Assembly (NCBI GenBank): GCA_022813965.1
Contig: JALDZS010000030.1
Span: 124,001 to 166,296 of the forward strand
DNA: 42,296 nucleotides
DNA from: Toensbergia leucococca
Lineage: Eukaryota
Direction of reading: 5' to 3'
The stretch's first letter is position 1. The number at the start of each line of letters is the position of its first letter. Below, one piece after another: positions 22,929 through 35,830 of the stretch. The notes beneath the pieces were generated by a model that did not search any database, was not told where the DNA came from, and saw only the letters and a program-made list of their open reading frames with translations. The translations under genes were made by a program, and so were the position numbers.

Positions 22929-25256
22929 ATGGGTCGTCAAGCCTACATAACGAGGCTTACACTGGTGAGTCTCAGTCCCATTATCTGATTCGCCGTTTGG
23001 GCTTGGTCCAAGCTATGGATATTATGCTACTCAGAAGCTGATCTGGACCCATTGAAGGGCCGGTCGGCATACGACCCTCCTGAGGGCCCAATCACCGGAA
23101 ATTTGGAGGAGACCAGACCAGAACCTGCTGAACACGAAATTGCTGAGCAAGCTCGATTCGCGAGCTTCAACAGTGAGCATACAAACTATGTGCAGCAGTA
23201 TGACTCCAACGGCTATCCTGTGAACCCTTCTTCGAGGTCTTTTGCTCGCCGTTCGAGAAGAGCTCAGAATGACGTTCTGTCCACCGTAGGTGTCTGCGTT
23301 GGCATTGATGAAACTGGCCAGCCGATACCAGCCATGTCACAAAATAGTATGACATTGTCGATGGAGAGGACTAAGGTCAAGACAGTGATAAGGGAAAATG
23401 AGATTGGACTGTTTCTAGCTGCGGCAGATCTAGGATTACTCTATGTGGCTAATAATTCTATTTTTGCCTTGAGAAATAGACTACAGGTCAGCTAAATGAA
23501 ATATCGGTCTTTCAAAAGCCTTTTCCTAACCCTTTTCTTGATCTCCTTGCTTTAGACCTTTGGTTTTTATTCAGGGATACCCGTAACACGGATTCTTAAG
23601 ACGGAATGGAAGTATTGTGGCCCGCTGCAATTCATGTTTGCAGGACTGATCGGTAGCCTGACTTGGCATGCTTTGGACATTGCGCGTCACTGGGCTATCA
23701 AGACTCTCTATAATGCTTTCATACGACATGTATCATGGCGAATAGAGTCTCGGAAGAGCAGGCATGATATCCAAAGGGCTTTAGACTGGTTAGAAGAGAT
23801 GTGAGTACATGTCCAAGTATATATACCACATCTGTTGACAAGACCAATGGTAGCCTCAAAGTGACATCGTTTGCTCTTATTGCACCCTTGGAAATATTTG
23901 CCATCTTACAACGACTACATCTTGTCCCTGCTTGGCCACCTCTTCCAAATCACATGTCATTTGTCCCTTTCAGTGTCTCGTCGCCCTTCCAGATTCCGCT
24001 GTCACCTCAAGGATTGGGATTGAGGTCTTCCGCTCGATTCTTGAACTCACTCATTCTCTCCCCATTACCGCTGCTGTATGGGGTTTTCTATAGCAGACAA
24101 TGGTTGGATAGAAAGCTGTACGGGTATATGAGATTGGTCCTTCCAAAGCCCGACAACCCAGATACTTATTCGATAAGGGGCGCTATGGAGGATGAACTTG
24201 ACAACGATATTATCCCTGGTCTGGGGTCGATGAAAGACTATAATGAATTCAGGAACCGAGAATCTACCAGCATAATTGGTGAAATCCAAAAAGATGTAAA
24301 GATAATGGTCGACAAAATTCGAGCCACCTGCAATCGATGGACAATTTGGGCTCGAGGTCAAACGTATGGAAATTCGGATGAAGAAACGGGGACAGAAAAT
24401 ATCGACGTCGTTACATCAGTCAATAGCAACCCGCCGCTAGGACTAACTATGAATGTGGACGCCATCGAAGCCGGTCCGGGAGCTCCCACTGAGGCGATTT
24501 CTTCGTCACTAGATATAGGGTCTCCGCATGATCCCGGCCTAGGGCTCCTTTTACCCAATGAGGTCCATGATCTTAGTACTACCACTGTTCCACTATCACG
24601 CCAAGCCTCTCTAGATTCCTTGTCAGCCACGCTCCTTTCTTCCTCCGAAGAGGACTTGTCGCACCACGAAGCAAACAATCCCACCGTGCAAATCACCACC
24701 CGAACCGGTTCAACTGATACCATCCACATGAGCGTGGAAATCGCCGGCCCCTCTACCAACCAGCCCCTTTACACCAATAGTTTTTCTGCGTCCCCTCACC
24801 CAACGCCTCGCGAATCTATGTTCTCCCAAGAGGGAGATAATGGTAAACACCACCGCTATATAAACTCTTAGTGAATGCCAAGACACTAATCTGTCTACAG
24901 AAAAGAGACACCGTGTCACGGCACTCTCGGCGCACATGGCAGACGCCTTATCCTCACACATCTCAACACACATGGCAGACTTTCTATTTATACCCTTCGA
25001 AGCTCTTCTGGTGCGATCGATAGCTCTTGGGTTTCTAGCTGCGGGTAGCAGATCGCCATCAGCAGCAAGCTTGCGGAGGGATGTTTTCCCGCTGGGGGGA
25101 TGGTTTGAAATGGGAACGAAGGGGTGGAGTGATTATTCGGGAAAGATGGTACTGTGCGCAGGTATGGAGGTGACGGTTGGACTCGGGGTTTGGCAGATTG
25201 GGGCGAGTGTGGCGTGGTGGATTGGGAGGAGGTGGTTTGCATGGGGAACGTTGTAA
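22929..25256 (+). CDS. Uncharacterised fungal protein with several hydrophobic, probably membrane, segments. Exons 22929-22964, 23058-23486, 23556-23800, 23854-24842, 24901-25256
   Basis: Four GT-AG introns join the separate ORF-track pieces in phase: MGRQAYITRLTLGRSAYD..YDSNGYPVNP..RRAQNDVLSTVGV..LPKPDNPD..HRVTALS..WWIGRRWFAWGTL*. Confidence 0.8.
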
Positions 25257-25861
25257 GTGTTTTGCTAATTTTGACATGCAGAAGAGCGCACGCAGTCAAG
25301 TTGCAAAGACTTGAGAGGGTCGGATTCCAAGAATGATTTGCCACGGGCTAACCTGTCGAGTTCATACGGCGCGTGACTGCCGTTCGCACGCGAGATGAAA
25401 GCTTACCCTTGTTTACTTGGGGCTTGGGTAACCTGTGACGAGTTAAGGTACGGAACAGCATTGAGTGAACTCAAGCCTGAGGTATTGAAACCCAGCATAT
25501 ACTATATGTAAAGTTTATGTCGAGCAATTTGACCACCTTTGTTCTCAATCATCGCTCATGGTATCTTGTTTTCGACTGTGTTTAAGTTCAAGATCCTAGC
25601 ACAGTAGTAGGCTTGCTTACCATTAGCGAACAATGTGAGTTTATTGACCTGGTCTCAAGATCGAGACTTTCCATGAATGCCTGCCTGTGGGCGTCAGAAC
25701 GTTCATGATATTCATAAGGATGAACCTTGCGACTGGCGACCGGGACTGTTGTCTCAATACTGCGGGACAACTCCTCTGATTCATCCACGACCATTGGCAT
25801 GAGCGTTGGCGTGTCAGGAAAAAGTGCCTCGAACAAAAATCTGCCCCAAGCCGGGCACACC

Positions 25862-27676
25862 TCACCTCCCACTCCTCACCTTGGCCTCCTTTCTCCTCTC
25901 CCAAACCATTAAATAGCTCTCCTTTGTGAACAACGTCTCCGTCGCTACTCTTTCCACGAACAAGTCCTGCACCTCAAGCCACTCGTCCCTCGCTCGATCC
26001 CTCACCTGCACTCTCCACACCTTCCTCTCCGCCTCACCTTCCACACTATCGTCTCTCGTCCTTACGGCCTCATGAGTCACGTTTGCGACTAGGTCATACC
26101 AGATCGGCTCACCAGGGGGGTGGATGAAGGGGTTAGGCTCAACATAGGGAGACATGTCGAGGGAGCGGACTGGGAATGTGACGATGGTAGGATTGTGCTC
26201 CGAGACAAATTTGTTCTTGGAAAACCGTTTGATGTGAAAGAGCAGGTAAGGTGGGAGGGGGTGGAGGAGTCGGTAGCGCTTGCGGGTGTTGAGGTGTTCT
26301 TGGGAGCGAAGCCCGTCGTATTTCGAGAGGATCGAGGTGAGCGGAACCTATCAATCTTATTAGATTTACAGTTTATTGATAAGATTTATCCCTATGACAT
26401 ACCTGTGGTATAATATTTCTATCCAGCTCATCTTGAAATAGTGGTGCAGCGGGAAGGTCGAGTGTGAGCATCAGGTAACGTATCGTGTCTACCAGAACCT
26501 CTGCCGCCTCTTCGAAGCGTAAACGATCTCCAGCATCTGCTTTCGCGGTGATCTGTTGGCTCTCTACCTTCAGCTTCCCTTGAAACACACGGTGCACGAT
26601 GCTAGTACCTGGCTTTGTTTTACTGCCCCCAAGGGCTAGGTGTAGATTATTGAGAAACCAGCTGAGGAAGTCAACGGGATCCGACTGGTGGAGAAGATCG
26701 AATCGCTTATTTGACTGCCGGGATATCTGTTGCAGCAATTCGTGAGGGGACACATGAATTTTGAAGGCGCGGGTATTCCATATTTTCCTAATAAGCACAG
26801 AAAAGCGCTGCACAATTTCGGATTTTTGAGATAGATTCTCGAGCATGAGGAAGTTCCGCAACGGAGAAATATGAGCCAGGGCCTGGATCGTGACATTGAA
26901 GTAATCGTTCTCTTTGATGTTGTTCATCCCTACAAACCCTGTATCTAGCAGTCAGAGATCTCCATGCGGACACTAGAGAGCAGATACATCATACCCGGTC
27001 TATATTTCTTCCCACTTAGATCCCAGGCATCCTTCGCTTCCTTGTCTAATTTCGCGACTTCATCCCTGGAAAGTTGTGGATCTACCACAAACTTGATATC
27101 GTCCAAGCTCTTGCTTTTGACCTCGTATCCTTCGGGTAGCACATACACCCTCTTCGTCTGCATGTTGACATAGACATGATGGCCCACTTCTAGAGCGTGA
27201 AAGTAGGCGTGTGACCTGGGCCCTCGTCCCTGATAGTATTTTCCACAGATCAGGCAGGCATAAACATTGATATTGGACAAGGTCACCGAGCACAACTTCT
27301 CAAAATCGAAGTCTAGCACCGACCGATTAACGGTGTCGAGATACAAATCGTTGTAGCCCTCCAAAGGCGCCGTCTGTCGTGCGGGAGCAGCAAAGGCTGA
27401 TTTGTCCTCCTCGAGCTCGACCGATGAAGCTCGAGACGCGGTGCTGTTTGATTCCTCCTTTCTGGATTCTGCCGCAGCTTGTTCTTCATTTCCGATGTCC
27501 CCGTCGGCTCTGTGTTGCTGACCGTTAGTGGAGCCCGGCGCAACAGGCGAAAGACTGTAGCCGTTGAGTGGCGAATAATTTTTGGGATGATGGTCAACGC
27601 GCGCCTTCTTCGAAGCTGGAGAGTCGCTGAAAAAAGTTTCTTCAAGTGAGTCCTCGGCGTGTCTCTTGGCCATCAT
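25862..27676 (-). CDS. SAD1: U4/U6.U5 tri-snRNP protein Sad1 (USP39): ZnF-UBP plus inactive USP domain. Exons 27676-26995, 26938-26403, 26347-25862
   Basis: Motifs LYLDTVNRSVLDFDFEKLCSVTLSNINVYACLICGKYYQGRG and RPGFVGMNNIKENDY. Asp replaces the catalytic Cys, as is known for this family. Confidence 0.94.
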
Positions 27677-27951
27677 AACAGAATGGGTGGCTCCTAAGTA
27701 AGTCCCTGCAATATTGACGTGGTTTTGTGCAGATGAAAGTTACGGCGTTTGATTCGACGTGTCATTTATTCCGTCCCTCACTTCTTCAATTACTTCAGGA
27801 GACTTGACTTTCTCCGGATACGCAGATAGATAATTTCTGCCTACACCATCATATAGCTATTGAATACGCGTTTAATTATTGTGCCAGCTGATTTCAACCT
27901 GATTCCATTTTCAATACATGCTCGAGCCCCTAAAACCCCAAAAAAGCCATA

Positions 27952-28794
27952 CTATGCACTTGCTACAACCTTGGTATCATCGTAACTCACCTCTCGAATG
28001 CCATCTTTATCAATCACCTTGACAAGCATCTGTACAGGCGGAGGTATCAGCGTCATGACAAGCTCGTGGAAACATATGTCAAAGCCTTACACCCTTGAAG
28101 TCTATTGGTAATCTTCGCTTCAATTCATCTGTACACATCCGTAGAATCTTAAGACCCTGCTCGAAATCTATATCTGGATGATGGTGTTTGTCAAGAATGG
28201 AGAGGCAATAGTATCTTGTAAAATGATTAGCTGCAATATGAACATAGCATTGACTTTGATCCCCTTCCAGTCGGAACTTACTGTGCGTAGCCATGAGCCG
28301 CATATGGAAGAGGCGCCAACGCTGCTAGGTAGTCCAGCCAATATAAACTTGGCTTGTTCGTGATCGGATGAATGCCTCCCAATAGTAAATTCACTGTATA
28401 TGGTTTTCTTGAGCGCAGGCTTTTTGCAAGCTCCCCCCGGACAAAGTTGGCGACAGCTGAGGGTCCGAGATCTGTATCGTTACGCATGGAATATAATTGA
28501 ATATTGGCTTGAATGTATTCGGCGAATTGTACTGGATACTAAAGTCAGCGGTCTATCATGGCTAGGGTTGCTTTTAGCATATTACCAGTATCTCCCGCTT
28601 CGCCTGAGAAAGCCATCAGGGTGTAATTGTTAAGCTCTCTTGTCTTGTCATCGGAATCTTTGAGAATTGTTGCACCTCTCATAGCGGCTTTGGAGGCGGC
28701 AATAATTGTGTAGTCCCTGCCGGTAAAGCCGAGTAGAACCTCCCTTTAAGAGAATTAGCCATTTGCGAGAGCATCAGAATACTTGAACTCACAT
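27952..28794 (-). CDS. PRE1: 20S proteasome subunit beta-4 (Pre1/PSMB2). Exons 28794-28793 (AT), 28743-28586, 28531-28282, 28214-28091, 28029-27952
   Basis: Spliced product [83 protein letters not shown]. Confidence 0.95.
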
Positions 28795-29018
28795 GGTGAA
28801 TCTGCGTTGTTATTTTGTCGTGAGGATTCGTAAGGACATGTAGAGCGGGTCTCAGAAACGATATGGACGCGTGAAGCTTGATGCCTTCGGGACGCTTGCA
28901 ATTTGCAAGAAGCTTAAATCAAAACCTTAAATAGCCGACACCAATATTTCCTGCGCACTGACCACCTTTTTCCACACCTCTTATACATCCATATCACCTC
29001 TGCTCTGCTGAATTTTCA

Positions 29019-30835
29019 ATGTCTTCTTTCTTCACCGTCCCTGCATTGCAAAGAAAGCGCAAGCTCATTGATGAAAAGAACACGTCATCCTCGAAGAAAC
29101 GAAACACTAATTTCAGCATCAGCTCAAAGCCACAGAAAGCAGCACCCGCTGCCAGAGTGAAACGGGACGAGTCAATATCAGGCAGCGAATCCGAAGGGAA
29201 CACTCAACCGAGACGAGCCAGCGGTGGTGATGATTCTCACTTCAGCAGCGAATCGGACATCGAGGATGAGACAGGCGCTGAGCGTCGACTAAGACTTGCA
29301 GAGCGCTACCTTGAAAACCTCAAAGGCGAGGTTGACGAAATTGGCTTCGATGCAGAGGAGATAGATAGGGATCTCATTGCCGAGAGGCTCAAAGACGATG
29401 TGGTACGGAGCATCAAGACTGTGTGTTCTTCACGTATAGTGACTTATTCTGAATACAGGCAGAAAGCAAGGGACGACTCTATCGGCACATAGCATCAGAC
29501 CTTGCTTTTGACGCAGCGTCCAAAACACACTTCCGATCAGACACCCTTACCACCACCTCAATAGCTACATGCCCACCCTATGTTTTCACCGTCTCAAAAG
29601 ACTTAACCTTCATTAAATGGGAGCTCATGACTCCTGCAACACATCCACCACCTTCAAAAAGCAAAAAGTTCAAAAAGCCACCCCGACCAATCCCCTGCCG
29701 TCCACGGCAAATTGTTTTCACCAAAGGTAACAAGAACAAAACCAACGACCTTACCTACAACCACCACACGGGCCCCATCCTTGCCGTGGCTGTCTCCTCC
29801 TCCGGCCGATTTGTTGCCACTGGTGGGGCTGACAAGCGCCTGATAATCTGGTCAGCCTCTGATCTTAAGCCTCTACGCGTGTTCACACAACATCGAGATG
29901 CGGTCACAGGCCTCGCTTTTCGCCGTGGCACCGAACAGTTGTATTCTAGCTCCAAGGACCGCACGATTAAAACATGGAGCTTGAATGAACTAGCGTATGT
30001 CGAGACCTTATTCGGGCATCAAGATGAGGTTTCTGACGTAGCAGCCCTATCACAGGAGAGGTGTATAAGCGTCGGGGCCCGAGATCGAACGGCAAGATTG
30101 TGGAAGGTTGCGGAGGAGACGCAATTGGTATTTCGGGGCGGAGGAGGCGGTGGCGAGAAATCTAAGAAACTTCCCATCGCCAAAGCGGGTGAATTGCAGA
30201 TGAGCAAGGCCACACATATGGAAGGAAGTATTGACCGGGTAGCCATGGTTGACGAGGAAATGTTCATCACCGGCTCCGACAACGGGGGAATTTCGCTGTG
30301 GACGTTACAGAAGAAAAAGCCACTGTTTACGATTCCGCTGGCTCATGGATTAGACCCGCCTCTAACGCCGGAGGAAGCTTCAGCGGAGGAAATACCGGAT
30401 CCGAAGGTGCCAGGGCCACCGCTTCCGAGATGGATCACGGCGCTAGCGACAGTGCCGTATAGTGATTTGATAGTGAGCGGGAGCTGGGATGGGTGGATTC
30501 GAGTGTGGAAAATCAGTGGCGATAAAAGGAGGATAGAGAGTCTCGGGGTAGTTGGAAGAATAGAGAATGCCTATGGCGCAGTTGGAGATGGGGAAGTGGG
30601 GATAGGAGATGAAGAGGATTCAGTGAGAGGGGTCGTCAATGGCATTTCAGCCTTCCAAAGAGGTGAAAGGGGTAAGGATGGGCTGTGTATTGTTGTTGCC
30701 GTGGGAAAGGAACATCGGTTAGGACGGTGGAAAACGTTCCGAGGGAAAAATGGCGCGGTAGTGTTTGAAGTGCCCAAGAAGACACTCGAATCCAGTGAAG
30801 CCGGCGTGGGAAAGTCCGCGAATTTAGACGAGTAG
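29019..30835 (+). CDS. RRP9: U3 snoRNP WD40 protein Rrp9 (U3-55K). Exons 29019-29402 and 29459-30835
   Basis: Motifs ETGAERRLRLAERYL, FDAEEIDRDLIAERL, AYVETLFGHQD, VGARDRTARLWKV, WITALA and GKEHRLGRW. Intron 29403-29458. Confidence 0.93.
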
Positions 30836-31380
30836 AACTTGGTGCGTTGCCCGCTATGGGCAACAACATGGCACAAGTAATTGCACCACGAAGCTTACTC
30901 GATGTGTTAGAACACTGCGGCATGTATATAAGGTAGACATCAGGTGGATTGCACATCACCCTTGTCATTTCACCATGCTCCAGAGACACAATTACACAGC
31001 CAGTGCAAGGTAAAAAAAGCATCTTGAGTATCAATTCTTAGCTAAAAGGTATCAAAAGAACCTCCTCCCTCCCGTTCCAGACAACGTCTCGCCAACCCGA
31101 GATCCGGAACGCTTGTGGCCAGCAATTCTAGTCTAAATAAGCTGATCGTATGCCTCCACTGCCTAAGGTAAGTCTTCCTCCGCGCCACTGATAATGATTG
31201 GACCCCTTGAAGCAACCTGAATACACATGCCGTTTCTAAAGAAAGCCGTGACACAAGAAAACATGTTAGAATCACGAGGTGTTGATCCACGGGATCACAG
31301 GCAATGAGATCCCTTACTCGAAATGCACCTCACGTGTAAGTTTAGAGACTATCCATCCAATTAGCCGAGAGCTCCTATAA

Positions 31381-33568
31381 TTAATAGGGATCTCTCGACA
31401 CGTCAGGCATTTCGTCTCGATTTCTCCTTCTCCACGCTTCCTTAGCTTGACGTCGCGCAACTTTCTGCATCGCTTTGGCTTGGCCGCGCTCACGCATTTC
31501 CGGCGAGGCACGTAGCTGAAGCCTAGAGGATGATCCGGCCTGATGACTTTGTGGTAAAATAATTTCGCGGGAAGGAGAGGAGAGTCTGGGACGACGGCGA
31601 GGACTAGGAGATTGGATACTTCGGTTTTGCGGTACCCGGCTTCTTGGAGGAAAAGCCCTAGTGCTCAAAGCATCACTCATTGAGCGTTCCAGGATGGAGC
31701 TCCGGGAATGTGCATTGCGACGGTTTTGATTAGTTCTTGGTGGCGTTGGAGTGAAGCTATATCTAGTATTGTGGGACGAGGAACGGGACCCTCCGGGAGG
31801 TGATTTAGTAGAATTGGACGATTGAGATCTCACGGGACTCGATCCGATGAGGATAGGCGAAGATGGATTGATGCGTCGATGAGCTGGTTTAGTACCTTCA
31901 CTCTCAGCGCGATCAGGCGGTGGGGATCGCCGACCGAGCGTTGCTGACCCGCTACTGCTTTCCGGGCTTAGGTTCTGGGGTATTTTCTTACGTATTATCT
32001 GCATATCTTCGTCATCAGATGAAACATATACTCGTCGCCTTCTTCTCCATGACCGCTGAAGCGGCGCAGGAGAGCCAGAATCACTTCCAACCTCAATCGG
32101 AATGTCCCGAGACCTTCCGCCGCTAAAGCGTCTATTTCTGATAGACTCGTCAGTATCACTATGTTGTAAGGGTGACCACCCGTCTGTCAGCGCCTGGCTT
32201 GCATTGTGCATTGCGGTCCTGCCAGAGTATTCAATTTGCTCTGGCACTGCGGAGCCTTCATCGCTTAGATAAGGAGAAGTACTGATGACCCGTCTCCCTC
32301 GCCTCCGATGTGTGTTTGTTGTACCATCCACAGAGCTTTCTACATCGCCCAGATCCCGAGACGATATTCCTCTGGTACTCGAAGCAAAATCCGTATCAGA
32401 GAATCGAGGGTGATAACCTCCACCGCCGTATGACTGAGAATTTTCGAACATATCCGTGGCTTCATCTGTGTCGTAATGAATGCTTCTAGGAGATGTTTGA
32501 TCTGACAATGGCCCTTCGCCCTCGTCATTAACAACGAAGTCCTCCAACGATCCTGCATCTTCATCACTAGCGCTATCCATGTCAATTTCAGGATCATAGC
32601 TGTAACGTTCTGAAGCAGGCCTCCACGTATGGTGCCTGTTCCGAAGAGGTGGAATCCCAGGGCGAGTTCTCTGGTGGGTTCTGTCTAATCGCAGTGCAGG
32701 TGCATAATCTCCATCGTCAACATCATCTTCCAACGTTTGTGTGGAACGGCCGAGAGCGTCAAGAAGAGATCGGTCTCCATCTATGGAACGCTCAGAATCG
32801 TAGTCATCGCGATCTGTGCCGTCGTAAAGGTATCCACGTCTCCTTGATCCCCTTGGTTCCTCCTCGAATGCATCATCTATAGGGCCGTCCGAGACGCTAG
32901 GGCTACCCACTGATCCCGAATCGGTTCCATATCCGCACGATCCACATATACCGTCTTCAAGCTCCCAAGCGCAGACTGGACATCTGTCAACACCATCTTC
33001 TTGATCTCTAATGACTGGTCGAGTGCGACGAGCAAAGTACCTAAAGCAACCCCTAAACAAGCCCCCAGCATGAGACGTATGGGTTATCCTGTCGAGGTCT
33101 ACAAGGTCTGCCTCTTCCTGCGACCATTTCTTATGGTCTTCTGAGGTTTCTCCAGCTGGTAAAAGCTCGGTGCGGTTGACAAACAACTGGGTCATTTCTC
33201 GGACCTGGGGCACTGAATCTCAGCATAGAAGACCAGGCAAATTGCAAATCCAAAAGACTCACCAGATAAGCAGGTGCAGGTTGACGTACGACCTCGGCTC
33301 GACAATCGGGGCATGTTTTCTTAGCACGATTACTCACAAACCATTGACGGAGACAGCTGTAACAGAACGTATGGCCGCATGCAATGGTGTAAGGTTCGTA
33401 CAGCAGACGTATGCAGATTCGGCAGGTGACGAGTGCTCTCAAATTATCAAGATTATCTGAAGTCTGCAAGGAGCCAGCCGAGATGTCCTGCTCGCCCACT
33501 GCCGCAATAGTACTTTTCCCCTCAGCAGACGACAGCACTGGGCTTCCTTGGCTATGTGACCCTCCCAT
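31381..33568 (-). CDS. PSH1: RING-finger E3 ubiquitin ligase, Psh1-like (RING, second Cys4 motif, long disordered acidic/Ser-Arg tail). Exons 33568-33263 and 33204-31381
   Basis: C3HC4 RING CRIC..PYTIACGHTFCYSCL..W..CPDCR followed by DQEDGVDRCPVCAWELEDGICGSC. Orthology to Psh1 is inferred from this architecture. Confidence 0.7.
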
Positions 33569-34302
33569 CTTGGATTGATCAGGCTGACTAGGTCGATGGC
33601 CCCAAGTGTCGAGTTGCCTCAGAAAAATATCAGGCTGAGCAGCTCGGGGGAATTTTCAAGCCTTTGAACAGTGATACATATCATGTCTTGGTGGTGATAG
33701 CATAGACGGGGAGAATGGTGGCTGTGGAATGGGGATGTGATAATGCAAAGGGTGTTCGAATGAAGTTCGAAGACGTGAAGTGTGTCAAGCAAACTAGCTC
33801 CGAATCCGTCCAGGTAATCGTGCCACGGTTAGAATAGAGCCTCGGCCCGTAAAATATTGAAAATTTGAGGTCCAAGCACTTCTTACTTAGTAAAGGACAC
33901 AAACCTCATCACCCTGTCTCCTGTCTCTCTACTTGAATTTTCCATCTCGTCAGTCCTCATATGTGTTTGTGGTCCGTTAAATGCGTCAGTACATTTGAAT
34001 TTAAGCCGGTCTTTTGTTATCTGATTCTTGGCCGAGAACTCATTATGGATGCCTACAGGATGAATCAATGCAGACTCAAAATCACTCGATACCCCTCTTC
34101 ATGCTCAGCGCCGTGGAAGACGGGTCCATATAATGATTGAATACTTCAAATGATACTCAACATACATTCACCTTCCTAGGTATTTACGCCATCAGGAACA
34201 TGGCTTCCCAAGGTATCTGAACCAAAGTAGCAGATGTCGTCGAAACTTACATCACGGCCAACATCTCTTAAGCAGCCCGCAGTATCATTCTCCATTCTCC
34301 CT

Positions 34303-34968
34303 TCACGCACCTTCCAGCCTCATGAATGCCATGGGGCCAAGTGGGTGAACAATGTCTATATCCCATTCCTCCCTTGGCACTCCACACTTCTTCAGTATCG
34401 TTCTTAGCAAGTCCTTCTCCATCCTATTCATATCTCTTGCTCGAGTCCATGCAACATGCTCCGTATCGTGCAAATGTGTATACGTAGCCTGTGCATCGTC
34501 AGTAGTCAAGCGTGGTCGAAGCTCGAAACCTTGATTCATGAGTATAGCAACATCATTGAATTTTCTGTGGACGTAAATGCGAAAAATGGCTATGAAAAGG
34601 AGCTGTGTGGAAGAGAGATCGAGACGAGGTGCGGTTCCGACGGTAGACTCGAGAATACGGCGAGTATGGGAATGTCGTACTAGGTCAGAGTCTTCTGAAC
34701 GTAAAGACAAAGTCGTTGACATTGATAAAGTAGACAGGGATTCCCAGGAGTTCGAGAATAGAGAGCTTGCGAGAACGGGCTCAGGGGTAGCTGAAGGAGA
34801 GTCCCACAAGCTTGAGACTGACGGGTTGGAGACTGAAGACGGCAGCCAAAGGTCGGCCAGACCAAGAATGTCCGCGAAAGACAAATCGTGCGGTACCATC
34901 TTCGCAATCGACTGAGAGCATGGAGTGTTGGCTCTAGGAGCGATTGTGGATGGGCGAAAGGAAGGCAT
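34303..34968 (-). CDS. Hypothetical intronless 221-aa protein: Ser-rich N-half, small helical (possibly HTH/Myb-like) C-half
   Basis: Stand-alone ATG-initiated ORF in an otherwise gene-free gap, with a pyrimidine-rich upstream tract. No family recognised. Confidence 0.55.
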   Translation of the reverse strand: MPSFRPSTIAPRANTPCSQSIAKMVPHDLSFADILGLADLWLPSSVSNPSVSSLWDSPSATPEPVLASSLFSNSWESLSTLSMSTTLSLRSEDSDLVRHSHTRRILESTVGTAPRLDLSSTQLLFIAIFRIYVHRKFNDVAILMNQGFELRPRLTTDDAQATYTHLHDTEHVAWTRARDMNRMEKDLLRTILKKCGVPREEWDIDIVHPLGPMAFMRLEGA

Positions 34969-35830
34969 AAGGGGCTTCGATATGATGGAGGAGCAGTGTC
35001 GGGAAAAAGGCGACGTAGGTACTAAGAAGGAGATGATGAGGGGAAAATATCAGCTTTTGCGTGCAAAACTTTATTCATGTGGATAGTGAATTGAAATGCC
35101 TTCATTGTAGAACGCGTGACCGACGAGCATAGACCTCGAGTCTGTCTATCCAGTGGGCCAGCGGCCACAACTAATCGCAACTTCTAGGAGTCACATCGAA
35201 GATGAGCGTGGTTTTCCTGTCATTCCTGCGAGTTTTTGAAATTCAAATGAAAACAGTACGCCGACGGGCATTAAGTGCGCTTTCGCTAGCAGCGAGAAGA
35301 AGATCCAGCATCGCTTCCAGATCTCCCAGGCTTCTCCCAAGTGATTAACCAAAATCCGATATTGCACTGTCCTCATCTCAGCAATCTTGGACTCGAGAAT
35401 TGCTCATCATGGCGTTGTACATCAGAAGAGAAGTATATGCAACAATCTAATTCTCTAGAGATTCTTGTAGATCTCCAACCATCCTTTCACGTGCTACATA
35501 TTCAGACATGGTTGGGATGGCTCCCCAAAAGCAGAGAAGCGCAGAGGATCCCATGTAGAGGTCATTCAGTACCAGACCCACGCGCATTCGCGAAGCAAGT
35601 ACACCACGCCCCCCTCGTTGCATAAACAACATTGAATGAAAGGTAGTGCAGGGTAGGACCAGCCCGGGGAATCATAGAAAGCGCTTGCCGAACCCCTCAA
35701 GCACAAACAGTATTTCAAGAAGGTCAAAATCATGGAATCAAAAGCTGATACAAGACATTATAATTATGGCATAGTTTGGCGGACGAAAAGAGCTGACAAG
35801 AATCGTGACCGTTTCGCGTCTGACGACGAT

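Noticed and set aside
25588..25904. Minus-strand ORFs after the SAD1 stop
   Set aside because: They overlap the SAD1 end and 3' UTR, leave no room for a promoter and show no recognisable domain.
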